Assembly (NCBI GenBank): GCA_001770205.1
Contig: MEQL01000039.1
Span: 322,787 to 386,786 of the forward strand
Origin: Bdellovibrionales bacterium RIFOXYD12_FULL_39_22
GTDB lineage: Bacteria > Bdellovibrionota > Bacteriovoracia > Bacteriovoracales > Bacteriovoracaceae
DNA length: 64,000 nucleotides
Reading direction: 5' to 3'
In this document: positions 52,258 to 62,215 of the stretch, piece after piece
Position numbering within the stretch: the stretch's first letter is position 1
Layout: every line of letters begins with the position of its first letter
Position numbers and translations under genes: made by a program
The notes under the pieces: model-generated
Seen by the model: only the letters and a program-made list of their open reading frames with translations
What the model was told of the DNA's origin: nothing
Databases searched by the model: none

Positions 52258-54240
52258 ATGAATTTATTTAAAAAAGGTATTTATTTATTATCCATTACTA
52301 TCTTTTTTTCGGCCTTTGCTCAAAATTATGAATCAACACCCTCTTCCCGCGAATATCGAAAAAAGGCCCTTTTTATATGCCACCAAATTAGTGCTTCTTC
52401 CGAATTAAATTATTCTGAGAATTTCTCTGCAGAATTTGTGGCAAACATAGATAAGTCAACTTTGCTAGAAAATTTTCAAGGAATCTATCGTGCACATGGG
52501 CCATGTACCCATATTAAGCTGGCCTCTCTCCCTTTTGATCCAACCAAAACCATTTATTATCATTTCTTTTTATCCGACAACCAATTTGCTGTTTTTAGCA
52601 TCAAATTACAAGATGACGGCAAAATTTCCGGCCTTCGCTTTCATGGCACCGATGATCCAACGATCAACCTCGACATCCGAGAACAGATGATTCCGATGCG
52701 CGACGGAACTCTTCTTCGAACCTTCTCTTATGTTCGCCAAGGCGATAACACTCCTCGCTCAACGATCATAACTCGAACTCCCTACCTGGTGCTAAACGAC
52801 AATCCGCGCCTGTATGAGAGTTTTTACGCGGTTACTGCCAAATATTTTATTCGGCGCGGCCACAACTTTGTATTACAGGCCATTCGTGGAACCCATGGCT
52901 CTGAAGGACAATATAAACTTTTTCATCCACACGAGATTAATGATGGATATGATACAATCGAGTGGGCCGCCACTCAATCTTTTTGCGATGGAAAAATTGG
53001 AGTAACCGGAACATCTTATGACGGATTTACCTCTCTTGCTGCCGCCATTTCCAATCATCCTGCATTAAAAGTTGTTTTAGCGGGAGGCTCACCTTCTAAT
53101 TTGGCAACAGACGCCTTTATGCCCAACGGCATTTTGATATTAAGCGCTCTCGACTATATTCGTTACAACCAAACAGGCCACGGTAACGCTTGGACACCTA
53201 ACTTTGCGGCACTCGCTGCTCAAAAATTACTTGATGTACCTTTGGTAGAAAATTACGATGAAATTCTTTTTGGCCAAGATTTTTCGGAATGGAATCTAAT
53301 GGTAAAAAACTATTCCGATCTTAGCGCCCCTTTTTGGAAGGAACGCCAGATTTTTGATCGCTTGCGAGATATTCAAGTTCCCACCTATCACATTGCTGGA
53401 ATGAGGGTGGACGGAGATATGCCCGATGTCGTACGCAATTTTGAAGAGATCAATAGAAATTCTCCCTATAAAAATAACCATCATCTTATCTTGGGTTATT
53501 GGGATCACGGCAACTCAACTCCCGCCTGGGGCGGAAGTAATCTTTCTCCTTTTATGCAAGAGCGATTCGGGGCCTTGCTAAATTATTATTTAAAAAATGT
53601 CGACACCCCTTTTGCCCACGCTCCTCGAGTACAAGTGGCCTCTAATTTCTCGGATAAATTTATTGAATCTGATAATTATCCCCTTCCCCTTTCAAGATCC
53701 AGCAAACTTTTTTTTAACCATCAGGCCAACACTTTCACCTTGGATGCCACCACTTTTGATAGTTCTCCCGCATCCTATGCCTTTCGTTCATTAGAACTTA
53801 ATAACTTTGATCCAAGCAGTGGGCAATCGCTTATCTACACCAAAGTTTTCAAAAAAGGCGAAGCCCTCAACATTAATGGTACCATCGACTTTAACCTCTA
53901 TCTTTCGATTGATACCCCTCAAACAGATTTTCTGGCCATAATTGCCAAGCTGGGAGTGGATGGAAAAGAAGAATTTGTTACCAACTGCTTAAATGGCACT
54001 CGCATTAAAAATGATGGCCCACCAAACGAGGTGATCAACGTACACTTTCAGTCATGTCCCATAATGAAGAAATTTCAAGAAGGCGAACAATTGCTAGTTA
54101 TTTTCGCCAGCAACCTCTTTCCATCCGTTGTTCGCAGCTCAAATAGTCAAACAGGAGAACTATCTTCTTTGAATGATGCCAATATTACACTATATCAGTC
54201 ATCAGAATACCCCAGCAGCATGGCCATCTCCGAAGAATAG
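52258..54240 (+). CDS. Exported CocE/NonD-family (peptidase S15-like) hydrolase with extra N-terminal domain
   Basis: Signal peptide; IPMRDGT, RTPY, RGTHGSEG, DGYDTIEW, GTSYDG nucleophile, GYWDHG. Confidence 0.85.
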   Translation: MNLFKKGIYLLSITIFFSAFAQNYESTPSSREYRKKALFICHQISASSELNYSENFSAEFVANIDKSTLLENFQGIYRAHGPCTHIKLASLPFDPTKTIYYHFFLSDNQFAVFSIKLQDDGKISGLRFHGTDDPTINLDIREQMIPMRDGTLLRTFSYVRQGDNTPRSTIITRTPYLVLNDNPRLYESFYAVTAKYFIRRGHNFVLQAIRGTHGSEGQYKLFHPHEINDGYDTIEWAATQSFCDGKIGVTGTSYDGFTSLAAAISNHPALKVVLAGGSPSNLATDAFMPNGILILSALDYIRYNQTGHGNAWTPNFAALAAQKLLDVPLVENYDEILFGQDFSEWNLMVKNYSDLSAPFWKERQIFDRLRDIQVPTYHIAGMRVDGDMPDVVRNFEEINRNSPYKNNHHLILGYWDHGNSTPAWGGSNLSPFMQERFGALLNYYLKNVDTPFAHAPRVQVASNFSDKFIESDNYPLPLSRSSKLFFNHQANTFTLDATTFDSSPASYAFRSLELNNFDPSSGQSLIYTKVFKKGEALNINGTIDFNLYLSIDTPQTDFLAIIAKLGVDGKEEFVTNCLNGTRIKNDGPPNEVINVHFQSCPIMKKFQEGEQLLVIFASNLFPSVVRSSNSQTGELSSLNDANITLYQSSEYPSSMAISEE

Positions 54241-54341
54241 TGCTCCTTCTTTTTAAATAACCATTGACCGCCTTTAATTCTTGGCCATAGAATTGAGGCG
54301 CCAAAATTCAATGCTTTTTCACCTAAAACAAGAGAGGAAAT

Positions 54342-55712
54342 ATGGACTTTTACACAATCAACCCAACTACTGGCGAAAAAATTAAAGGTTATAACTATGA
54401 ACCCTTTGCATCTATTTCAAAAAAATTAGATGCAGCACAGGAGGCCTTCAGTTTTTGGAGCAAACTCCCTCTTGCCGAACGATCTAAGCATGTAAAAAAC
54501 TTGGCGCAATCACTACGCAAAAATATCGAGGCTGGCGCAAAGGCCATTGTGGAAGAGATGGGAAAAACCATCGGTGAGGCCAAGGGCGAAATTGAAAAAA
54601 GTGCATGGCTTTGCGAAGTCTATGCGGATAAATCTGCAGAATGGCTATCTGAAGAAACCGTTCAGGCCGATGGCCTAATGCATAAGGTGCGCTACGAACC
54701 GCTCGGCGTGGTTCTTTGCATTATGCCTTGGAATTATCCATTCTGGCAGGCCATTCGCTTTGCCATTCCAGGGATTATGGCCGGAAATGTTTCTATTCTT
54801 AAGCACTCTAATAATGTTCCCGAAAGTGCATTAATTCTCGAAAAAATTTTTTCTGATGCCGGTTTTCCTAAAAATGTTTTTCAAGCGACTATTACCAACC
54901 ACGCCAACGTTGGCAAAATGATCGAGTCTCCCATTATCAAAGGAATTTCCCTAACTGGAAGTACGGCCGTGGGAATGAAAGTAGGGGAGATGGCCGGAAA
55001 AAATTTAAAGAAAATGGTATTAGAACTTGGGGGGTCTGATCCCTTTATTGTACTAGATGATGCCGACCTTCCTGCTGCGGCCAAGAATGCTGCACAAGCA
55101 CGCTTACAAAATTGTGGACAAAGCTGCATTGCCGGCAAACGCTTTATTGTTATGGAAAAAGCAGCAAAAGAATTTTCTGAACTTTTAAAAATCGAAATGG
55201 AAAAACGCATCACTGGCGACCCAACCAACCCTGCGACACAAATGGGCCCACTTTATGCCTTGTCTGCTGTAAAAGAGGTCGAAGAACAAGTTGCTGATGC
55301 AATAAGAAAAGGTGCCAAAGTTTTATGTGGCGGAAAAAAAATGGAAGGCCCCGGTGCTTTTTATCCTCCCACCCTTATCACCAATGTAACGATGGATATG
55401 AAGGTTATGACAGAAGAGGTTTTTGGCCCGGTTGCTCCCATCTTTATTGTTAAAAGCGAAGAGGAGGCAATTAAAATTGCAAATTCTACTGAGTATGGAT
55501 TGGGCGGCTGTGTTTGGAGTAAAAACCTAGACCGTGCTGAGCGCGTTGCTCAAAAGGTAGAGTGTGGAAGCATTTTTATAAATGCTTTTACTAAATCCGA
55601 TCCTCGTATGCCTTTTGGTGGAATTAAAATGAGTGGATTAGGCCGAGAACTTTCCAAATATGGCGCACGCGAATTTACTAATCTCAAGGCCTACAACATT
55701 TACAAAGCATAA
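54342..55712 (+). CDS. NAD(P)-dependent succinate-semialdehyde dehydrogenase-like ALDH (Sad/GabD type)
   Basis: IMPWNYP, LTGST, LELGGSDP, GQSCIAGKRF, EEVFGPV, PFGGIKMSGLGRE. Confidence 0.9.
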   Translation: MDFYTINPTTGEKIKGYNYEPFASISKKLDAAQEAFSFWSKLPLAERSKHVKNLAQSLRKNIEAGAKAIVEEMGKTIGEAKGEIEKSAWLCEVYADKSAEWLSEETVQADGLMHKVRYEPLGVVLCIMPWNYPFWQAIRFAIPGIMAGNVSILKHSNNVPESALILEKIFSDAGFPKNVFQATITNHANVGKMIESPIIKGISLTGSTAVGMKVGEMAGKNLKKMVLELGGSDPFIVLDDADLPAAAKNAAQARLQNCGQSCIAGKRFIVMEKAAKEFSELLKIEMEKRITGDPTNPATQMGPLYALSAVKEVEEQVADAIRKGAKVLCGGKKMEGPGAFYPPTLITNVTMDMKVMTEEVFGPVAPIFIVKSEEEAIKIANSTEYGLGGCVWSKNLDRAERVAQKVECGSIFINAFTKSDPRMPFGGIKMSGLGRELSKYGAREFTNLKAYNIYKA

Positions 55713-55914
55713 ATACTTTCGCCAGGCCGGCCATAAATCTGGTGGCCAGCTCTTTTTCTTTTTAAATTATCTCGATCCTAAGGGGATCTTTTAATGAGTA
55801 TATATTTTTTACAATTATCAAAAAAATTTTCCACTTGATTAAATTTATACAGTAGTGTAATTATCAGAAATATTTATATTGTTTTTATTAACTTTTTCTA
55901 ATTCAGGAGTTTTT

Positions 55915-56499
55915 ATGAAGCTTTCTTTTCTTTACTTGTTGATAATTTCGGCCCTCTTTCTTGTTATTGGCTGCGGTGGTGGTAATTCTAAAAAAGAAGA
56001 TAAAAGTTACACTGATTCACAATTTCAAGAAGGTGATTGTGGCAGTAGCGTAATTTATGATTACAATAGCATGGTGCTAACCTGTTCAGATATTTCTTCT
56101 CAGTCTGATATTAAAGAATGTGACAATAAAATTGGATCTTTAAAAAAGAAATATCCAGATATCAGCTGTAAAGCAATTATTGAAAATGAATCTGAAAAAG
56201 GGCCTGTAACCATCAACGAAGCGCGACTAAATTCAATTTCTGAAAAACTAGAAATACAAAAAGGAATTTGTACAGACGACGTAATCTCCGACTACAATAT
56301 TATGGTTAATTATTGTAAAAACTTGACTAATTACTCCACTTCTCACTCCGTTTACATGTGCAAAAACAGTATCAATGAATTAAAGATAAATTATCCGAAT
56401 ATTAACTGCATTGCAAAGTCTGATTCGTCTTTCTCCGAAATTGAGATAAGCATAGAAAAGCTGGATGAGTTGCTTGATGTGATTAACGATTCTGTTTAA
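55915..56499 (+). CDS. Cys-rich lipoprotein with internal tandem duplication
   Basis: AGGAG RBS; lipobox VIGC; two copies of C..VI.DYN.MV..C...C...I..LK..YP.I.C.A. Confidence 0.8.
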   Translation: MKLSFLYLLIISALFLVIGCGGGNSKKEDKSYTDSQFQEGDCGSSVIYDYNSMVLTCSDISSQSDIKECDNKIGSLKKKYPDISCKAIIENESEKGPVTINEARLNSISEKLEIQKGICTDDVISDYNIMVNYCKNLTNYSTSHSVYMCKNSINELKINYPNINCIAKSDSSFSEIEISIEKLDELLDVINDSV

Positions 56500-56525
56500 T
56501 AATTGAAAATATCGCTGGCACCAAG

Positions 56526-57293
56526 TTAGTCGATTAGTCCGCCAACTGGTGCCAGATAAATTGTAAATTCTTCTTTCCCGTTAACTTTGATAATTTTATC
56601 CACCAGCTCTTGAATGTATGCCGCAATCATACAGGTACCAAGACGTAGAGTCTCACACGATAGGTGCAAATTTTGGCCAACATGGCCGGCATCTAATAAA
56701 ACTGATTTCATTGCTCGCTCTATTCCATATCGCCACTCAGTGCGGTAAGGAAGTGCTGCCCAGATAAAAAGAATTGGTGCCTTGGCGCAAAAGACTTGGC
56801 CGCAACATGCCTCCAAAATTCTTTTTTGCGACACGGCCCGCTTGCTAACAACTACCAGAGAATTTAAGGTAGCAACATAGCGATAAACTCCGGGCGACAG
56901 ACCTTTTACGTTTTGCACGACAATATATGTTTCAAAAGGATGTCGCGATCCACCAGAAGGAACGGTTCGCTTTATGGCGTGATGTGAAATCTGCTGATCT
57001 AAATTTTCACGCATTCGGCGAATTCCCTGGGTGGCCCAAAGCAAAAAAGATAATTCCTGCATAGTAATTGCTCGATCCGCAAAACGTCTCGTGCTTTTGC
57101 GATCATGGATGCAGTCTTTAATTTCCGGTTTTATTGTAGCTGTTTGCAATGGATCAGGGAGTTTAACTATTTTCAAGCGGCCAACTTTTTTCTCCGGCGA
57201 AGGCAGCGGAAGGCCTTTCTGCTGATCTGATACTTTAAATTTTTCTCCCAGATGAATTCCCTGCATAAGATGAACAATTTTTTTTCGCAACAT
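56526..57293 (-). CDS. SagB/ThcOx-family nitroreductase-like oxidoreductase
   Basis: RKSTRRF, ELSFLLWATQG, RTVPSGGSRHPFETY, LDAGHVGQNL. Confidence 0.88.
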   Translation of the reverse strand: MLRKKIVHLMQGIHLGEKFKVSDQQKGLPLPSPEKKVGRLKIVKLPDPLQTATIKPEIKDCIHDRKSTRRFADRAITMQELSFLLWATQGIRRMRENLDQQISHHAIKRTVPSGGSRHPFETYIVVQNVKGLSPGVYRYVATLNSLVVVSKRAVSQKRILEACCGQVFCAKAPILFIWAALPYRTEWRYGIERAMKSVLLDAGHVGQNLHLSCETLRLGTCMIAAYIQELVDKIIKVNGKEEFTIYLAPVGGLID

Positions 57294-57336
57294 TTTATAT
57301 TCCTTTTATTTTCTGCCTTAATATTTCACTTAAAGG

Positions 57337-58098
57337 TTAAATATTATGAATGTCTGTTTCTAGCGCAAAAACATCCATGGGTATCATGCTAAAAATCCAG
57401 GTTACTGGCACAAACTCTTCATGACTAGATAAAAGCGAATCTCTAAAAGCAATCTCTCGATACTTTATTTCCAATTCTTGTATCTCGCGTCCAAAGTCCT
57501 CATATGTTCTTTGGGGAAGAGTAAAAAATCCCGGAAAGTCTGTTCTGAAATTTTCATTGTCCAGATTTTCCAATTGAAGTTGCACTATTTTTTTCATAAA
57601 TTCCGGGTAAAAACGTTTCATCCACGGCCCGTTGTGCAACCATCTCAATTTACCATAAACCAAAAAGCGCAGTCTATTTCCTGGGTGCACTTCTAAAAGG
57701 CCAAGCTTTTCTAGCCCCAGGATATACTTTAAAACAGATTTATCACTAAGCTTATATTCTTTTTTAATCTGTTCCAAATCTTTTTTCTCAAAAAAACATT
57801 CGCGAAAAAAATAGTAGTAATGAGGATTTTTGGCAAAAAAAGTTTCCTGTAAAATATTAAAAGAAAAGTCATTGGCGTCCTCTTTATTAGCAAGATTAAC
57901 CAGATCAGGAAAAGAAATATCTGCCAATTGGCAAATTTCTAATAACCTATCAATGGACATATTGTTTGCGTGAAACATATTTTTTAAAGTACTTTCGGAA
58001 AAAGAACTTTTCTCGCACAACATACGATAGGTAATTTTTCTACTCTTTAGAACTTGTTTTAAAACAACAAAAAGTTGCTTGCTATTAAACTTGCTCAT
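57337..58098 (-). CDS. XRE-family HTH transcriptional regulator with long C-terminal domain
   Basis: LKQVLKSRKITY..L..SESTLK..F....SIDRLLEICQL; GGAGG RBS. Confidence 0.85.
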   Translation of the reverse strand: MSKFNSKQLFVVLKQVLKSRKITYRMLCEKSSFSESTLKNMFHANNMSIDRLLEICQLADISFPDLVNLANKEDANDFSFNILQETFFAKNPHYYYFFRECFFEKKDLEQIKKEYKLSDKSVLKYILGLEKLGLLEVHPGNRLRFLVYGKLRWLHNGPWMKRFYPEFMKKIVQLQLENLDNENFRTDFPGFFTLPQRTYEDFGREIQELEIKYREIAFRDSLLSSHEEFVPVTWIFSMIPMDVFALETDIHNI

Positions 58099-58174
58099 CT
58101 CCCCCTCCGCTTGATATTTTACTCAGAGTAAATTTTACAGTATAAAAATATAAAAAATAACCCCTAAAAGGGCC

Positions 58175-58200
58175 AAAAAGTATAATATAGTAAACTTTTT
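58175..58200. promoter_or_regulatory. 26-bp imperfect palindrome, candidate operator
   Basis: AAAAAGTATAATA|TAGTAAACTTTTT (11/13 pairs) between divergent regulator and secreted-protein gene. Confidence 0.45.
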
Positions 58201-58271
58201 TGATATTTATTGCAAAAAGTCCGAAATGTGCTAGTTTGCGGCAACGAAATAACTCACACAAAGGAGAACAT

Positions 58272-58811
58272 ATGAAAAAGTTATTATTATCTGCCATTTT
58301 TTTACTTTCCTCTTCCCTTTTTGCCTCTAATTACCCTGCTGATTATTGCGCACAAGTTGCACGCTTTCAGTCTGATGCACATGTCCTTTTCGGAACTGTT
58401 TCTAGCGGCTGTATGACTACCAAATATTTAATCGGTTATAAGAATGGTGGCATCTTCGGCAGCAAAGATAGCATCGATGCCGTGATAACACTTCACTGTA
58501 CAAATTTTGGAAACTATTCAATCCAAGACACACAAGTTTATAGAATTGAAAGAGAGTGGAACGGTACCGGATTGCTTAGCATCCCTATTGATTTTCGCTA
58601 TTCCTCTTGCAGAAACGGCCTAGCAGTTACTTCTGTTGAAATAGCTTTTGCCGTTAAAGGCCAATGGGATTCTCGCTATGGCCAAAACTATAAATTTGAT
58701 CTGCAAAATCGCGATGACAACGTCCGGCAGTACAAATCATCTAACTACTCTTATCATGATTCAGTTAGTTCCGATATCTGGGATTTTGTTGTCGACTTAA
58801 TGAGAGAGTAA
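58272..58811 (+). CDS. Exported protein with CBM-like WDSxYGxNY motif
   Basis: AAGGAG RBS, MKKLLLSAIF signal; VEIAFAVKGQWDSRYGQNYKF. Confidence 0.75.
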   Translation: MKKLLLSAIFLLSSSLFASNYPADYCAQVARFQSDAHVLFGTVSSGCMTTKYLIGYKNGGIFGSKDSIDAVITLHCTNFGNYSIQDTQVYRIEREWNGTGLLSIPIDFRYSSCRNGLAVTSVEIAFAVKGQWDSRYGQNYKFDLQNRDDNVRQYKSSNYSYHDSVSSDIWDFVVDLMRE

Positions 58812-59021
58812 TTTATTTTTTCTTGAGGCGGTGTGAAGTGCACACCCCCTCAAGATTTTTTTATTTTCACACTACATGTTTTTTTCGCAAACGAATATTT
58901 AAAGACTCGACAAACAAAGAAAAGCCCATCGCAAAATAGATATACCCTTTTGAAATATGCTGCCCCAGTCCTTCTGCAATTAAAGTAACTCCAATGCTCT
59001 AAATTCCTCGTTCTGGCAAAA

Positions 59022-59771
59022 CTATACATCACACTCTGATTCAAATGTCGAATATTCATACAAGGATCTATCTTTAACCCATCTTGTCTGAGGATCTATG
59101 TTTTGTGCCCTGAAAAGCTCAATCTCGTTACCAAATGAATGCAAGCGGAAGGCCTTGGTCTTTTTCTCTTTTCCCTTACCAATAGTGATAACCAAGGTTG
59201 GTGTGCGTTCTCGTCCGTTGCTTATCTCTCCTTCTGGCACATAACTCCAAGTTCCGGCAGTTTCTTCATATCCAAAATGGCCAGAGTCTTCATCATAAGT
59301 TGGCCGCTTGGAAATAAGGGCCCCCTTTTCATTCAAATACAAATACTCAAATGGCCCCATGGCACCGCTGCCTCTTGCAAAAAAAACTGTATTAACTAAA
59401 AAATCTGGACTTCCTTTTTCTTTAGGAAATGCGGTTGTCCCAAAAGGTACTATGTTTTTTTCTAGTAACTTAAACCCAGCATTCTTCCACAATAAAATCC
59501 GAACATTTGATCCTGTGACAACGGCACTATCTTTTACTTTTGCTTTACGATATAAGTCAAAAACATCGATAACGGAAGCATCTAGCTCACACCCTTTGCC
59601 AGCAATATTGGCCTCTGCCAATTCGTCGGCAAGATCCATATACTTTTGGGCAAGCGACTCTCGAGTTGATGCTGGTGATCTAACTTTGATCGTTTTATCC
59701 GCAGATGATGAAATCTCGGCGGCAATTAATAATACTGGAAACAGTAAAAATGCAAGTAATAATTTATTCAT
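59022..59771 (-). CDS. Exported hypothetical protein
   Basis: AGGAGG RBS, signal peptide. Confidence 0.75.
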   Translation of the reverse strand: MNKLLLAFLLFPVLLIAAEISSSADKTIKVRSPASTRESLAQKYMDLADELAEANIAGKGCELDASVIDVFDLYRKAKVKDSAVVTGSNVRILLWKNAGFKLLEKNIVPFGTTAFPKEKGSPDFLVNTVFFARGSGAMGPFEYLYLNEKGALISKRPTYDEDSGHFGYEETAGTWSYVPEGEISNGRERTPTLVITIGKGKEKKTKAFRLHSFGNEIELFRAQNIDPQTRWVKDRSLYEYSTFESECDV

Positions 59772-59881
59772 AATTCCTCCTGTAAAATGGATTTTATATG
59801 AAATCTAAATTCGCGTCCAAAAATACAGCGAAGGAATAATGTTCCCACCGGAAAATTATATAAAAATTTTTTATATAATTA

Positions 59882-60376
59882 CTAAATGTGAACGTATTTT
59901 GCCGCCGGAACACCACAAATAGGACACTTGTTTGGAGGTTTCCCCAATTCAATATGTCCGCAAACTGGACACAAATACGCCTCCGCTTCGAGATCTTTTC
60001 CGGCCATAACCGCCTCTAGGGCCTTAGTGTATAACTCTGCATGAACTTTTTCTGCTTCCAATGCATACTTGAGTATTCTTTTGGCCTTATGGTTTTCTCT
60101 TTCTGCTTGCTCATACATGGCCGGATACATTTCTTTATACTCATATGTTTCTCCGGCCACTGCTGTTTTTAAATTTTCCAATGTTGATTTTACACCATCT
60201 AGCGCCGCAAAATGGCCGAGGGCATGGATCGTTTCGGCCTCCGCGGCGGCCAAAAAAAGCTTAGCTACATTTTTTAATCCCTCTTTTTCGGCTGCTTTTG
60301 CAAAGGCCAAATATTTGCGATTGGCCTGACTTTCTCCCGCAAATGCTGTTTTCAAATTTTCTTCTGTTGTTGCCAT
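59882..60376 (-). CDS. rbr: Rubrerythrin
   Basis: AFAGESQANRKY, EAETIHA, ETYEY, EKVH, C-terminal CPVCG..CPIC. Confidence 0.93.
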   Translation of the reverse strand: MATTEENLKTAFAGESQANRKYLAFAKAAEKEGLKNVAKLFLAAAEAETIHALGHFAALDGVKSTLENLKTAVAGETYEYKEMYPAMYEQAERENHKAKRILKYALEAEKVHAELYTKALEAVMAGKDLEAEAYLCPVCGHIELGKPPNKCPICGVPAAKYVHI

Positions 60377-60457
60377 GTGATCCTCCCTCGTTTATCCTTT
60401 TATTTTATGTTGGAATTAATCTAATCCATTTACAATCAAATGTGAACAATCAAGGAT

Positions 60458-61501
60458 GTGACTTTGGACTACATAATTTTGGACAATTTTGCTCAGACTT
60501 GGATAATCGCTTTAGCATCCACCTTCCTCTTATTTATTTTTTTTAAGCTCTCTCGTCGCATAATTAGAAAGCGACTTAAATTTATGGCCCAAAAAACAGA
60601 AACTATCATTGATGATCTGGCCTTTGAATTCATCTCTGCTATCGGCCCTTTATTTTCCTGGATTGTGGCCATCTATATCAGCTCCTCCTTTCTAGCTTTA
60701 TCAGAGGCCATTCGTGAAATCCTTTATAAAGTATTCATCGTCACCGCCTTATTACAGGCGGGAAGTTGTGGAAAAAAAGTTGTAACTTTTTGGGTAGAAA
60801 ATTATTTGCAGAAACGTTCCTCGCACGATCCGGCGGCAACCTCTAGCGTCTCTTTGGTGGATTTTGCTTTAAAATTTTTACTTTACACTATAATTTTCCT
60901 GCTTCTTCTACACAATATCGGAGTCAACATCACCACTCTGATTACCGGACTTGGGGTGGGAGGTATTGCTGTAGCACTTGCAGTGCAAAATATTTTAGGA
61001 GATCTTTTTGCTTCTCTAACAATAATTTTAGACAAACCTTTTTCTGTTGGTGATTCCATTACTGTTGATGGCTTCATTGGGACAGTAGAGCGAATTGGAC
61101 TTAAAACTACTCACTTACGGAGTTTATCTGGTGAGCAATTAATTTTTTCCAACAACAGCATCTTGCAGTCGCGAATCCGAAACTATAAAAGAATGTCTGA
61201 GCGAAGAGTGTCTTTTACGCTAGGAGTGGTTTACCAAACAGGCGCTGACCAATTGGAAAAAGTACCCAGCATCATCAAAGAGATTATCACCAGCACCTCA
61301 ACAGTTCGGTTTGATCGCTGTCATTTTTTAAACTTTGGCCTATCTAGCTTAGATATTGAAGTTGTTTATTGGGTTTTAAACTCTGATTTTAATGTATACG
61401 CTGATATTGCGCAGAAGATAAACCTAGAAATTTTTCGTCGCTTTCAAAGCGAAAAAATTGATTTTGCCTATCCTACTCAAACCCTCTTCGTGCAAAAATA
61501 A
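60458..61501 (+). CDS. MscS-family mechanosensitive channel
   Basis: GLGVGGIAVALAVQNIL, DKPFSVGD, GTVERIGLKTT, IDFAYPTQT. Confidence 0.92.
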   Translation: MTLDYIILDNFAQTWIIALASTFLLFIFFKLSRRIIRKRLKFMAQKTETIIDDLAFEFISAIGPLFSWIVAIYISSSFLALSEAIREILYKVFIVTALLQAGSCGKKVVTFWVENYLQKRSSHDPAATSSVSLVDFALKFLLYTIIFLLLLHNIGVNITTLITGLGVGGIAVALAVQNILGDLFASLTIILDKPFSVGDSITVDGFIGTVERIGLKTTHLRSLSGEQLIFSNNSILQSRIRNYKRMSERRVSFTLGVVYQTGADQLEKVPSIIKEIITSTSTVRFDRCHFLNFGLSSLDIEVVYWVLNSDFNVYADIAQKINLEIFRRFQSEKIDFAYPTQTLFVQK

Positions 61502-61512
61502 TCAATTGTAAA

Positions 61513-62088
61513 TTATTGTGAAAAACTAACGCTCCCCTCTTCTGTCTTTTGAAAAAAGACTAATCGTCCGCGAAGAGCTTCTGCCTCAGCTTTTTTGGCA
61601 AAAAGTTTAACATGCGACTCTATTTGATCACTATCTACATTTATCTTATAGTGAACTTGCACGAAAGAGGGAATTTTATCTTTTTCCCAAAGTTGTTTTT
61701 TAAAGTCATAGAGAAACATTGAATGATCCGAGTCATTCGGAGAAACAATAGCCGCCGCAATCTCTGCCCATTCATTTTTGATGATAAGATCAAAGTGTTC
61801 AACACAAAAAAGCATGCTGTCATGTTCTTTGGTACATGCCTCACAAAAAACCTTTTCACAAATTCTACAGACCGTACTGCCCGAAACATCTGGATGATTT
61901 TGACAAAAAAAAGTCTGTTCGCTGCGCCCCCGTTTAAAATCTCGCGTCAACTTATCAAAATATTGTTTTAAATTACTCTCTGGCCGTCTATTAAGTACTA
62001 AAATTAAATAGACAATCACTCCAACCAAAAGAGAGATTATTCCCAAAAAAAACAACAGAATATACAGGATAAATTTTTCATCCATCAT
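61513..62088 (-). CDS. Membrane-anchored protein with B-box-like zinc finger
   Basis: N-terminal TM; CQNHP...CRICEKVFCEAC......FCVEH. Confidence 0.75.
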   Translation of the reverse strand: MMDEKFILYILLFFLGIISLLVGVIVYLILVLNRRPESNLKQYFDKLTRDFKRGRSEQTFFCQNHPDVSGSTVCRICEKVFCEACTKEHDSMLFCVEHFDLIIKNEWAEIAAAIVSPNDSDHSMFLYDFKKQLWEKDKIPSFVQVHYKINVDSDQIESHVKLFAKKAEAEALRGRLVFFQKTEEGSVSFSQ

Positions 62089-62215
62089 TCTTTGTTATTT
62101 TAAGCGCATTTCTTTGCTTCGGCCAATATATAATCTTTTCATGTTCTCTTGTATAAATTTATGGCCGTGATAATTTGGCAAAATCGCATTTAATTTACAA
62201 TTGGGAGTACATATT

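Noticed and set aside
56526..57293. RiPP (TOMM) biosynthetic cluster around the SagB-like gene
   Set aside because: No YcaO, precursor peptide or transporter nearby; standalone SagB-like nitroreductases are common.
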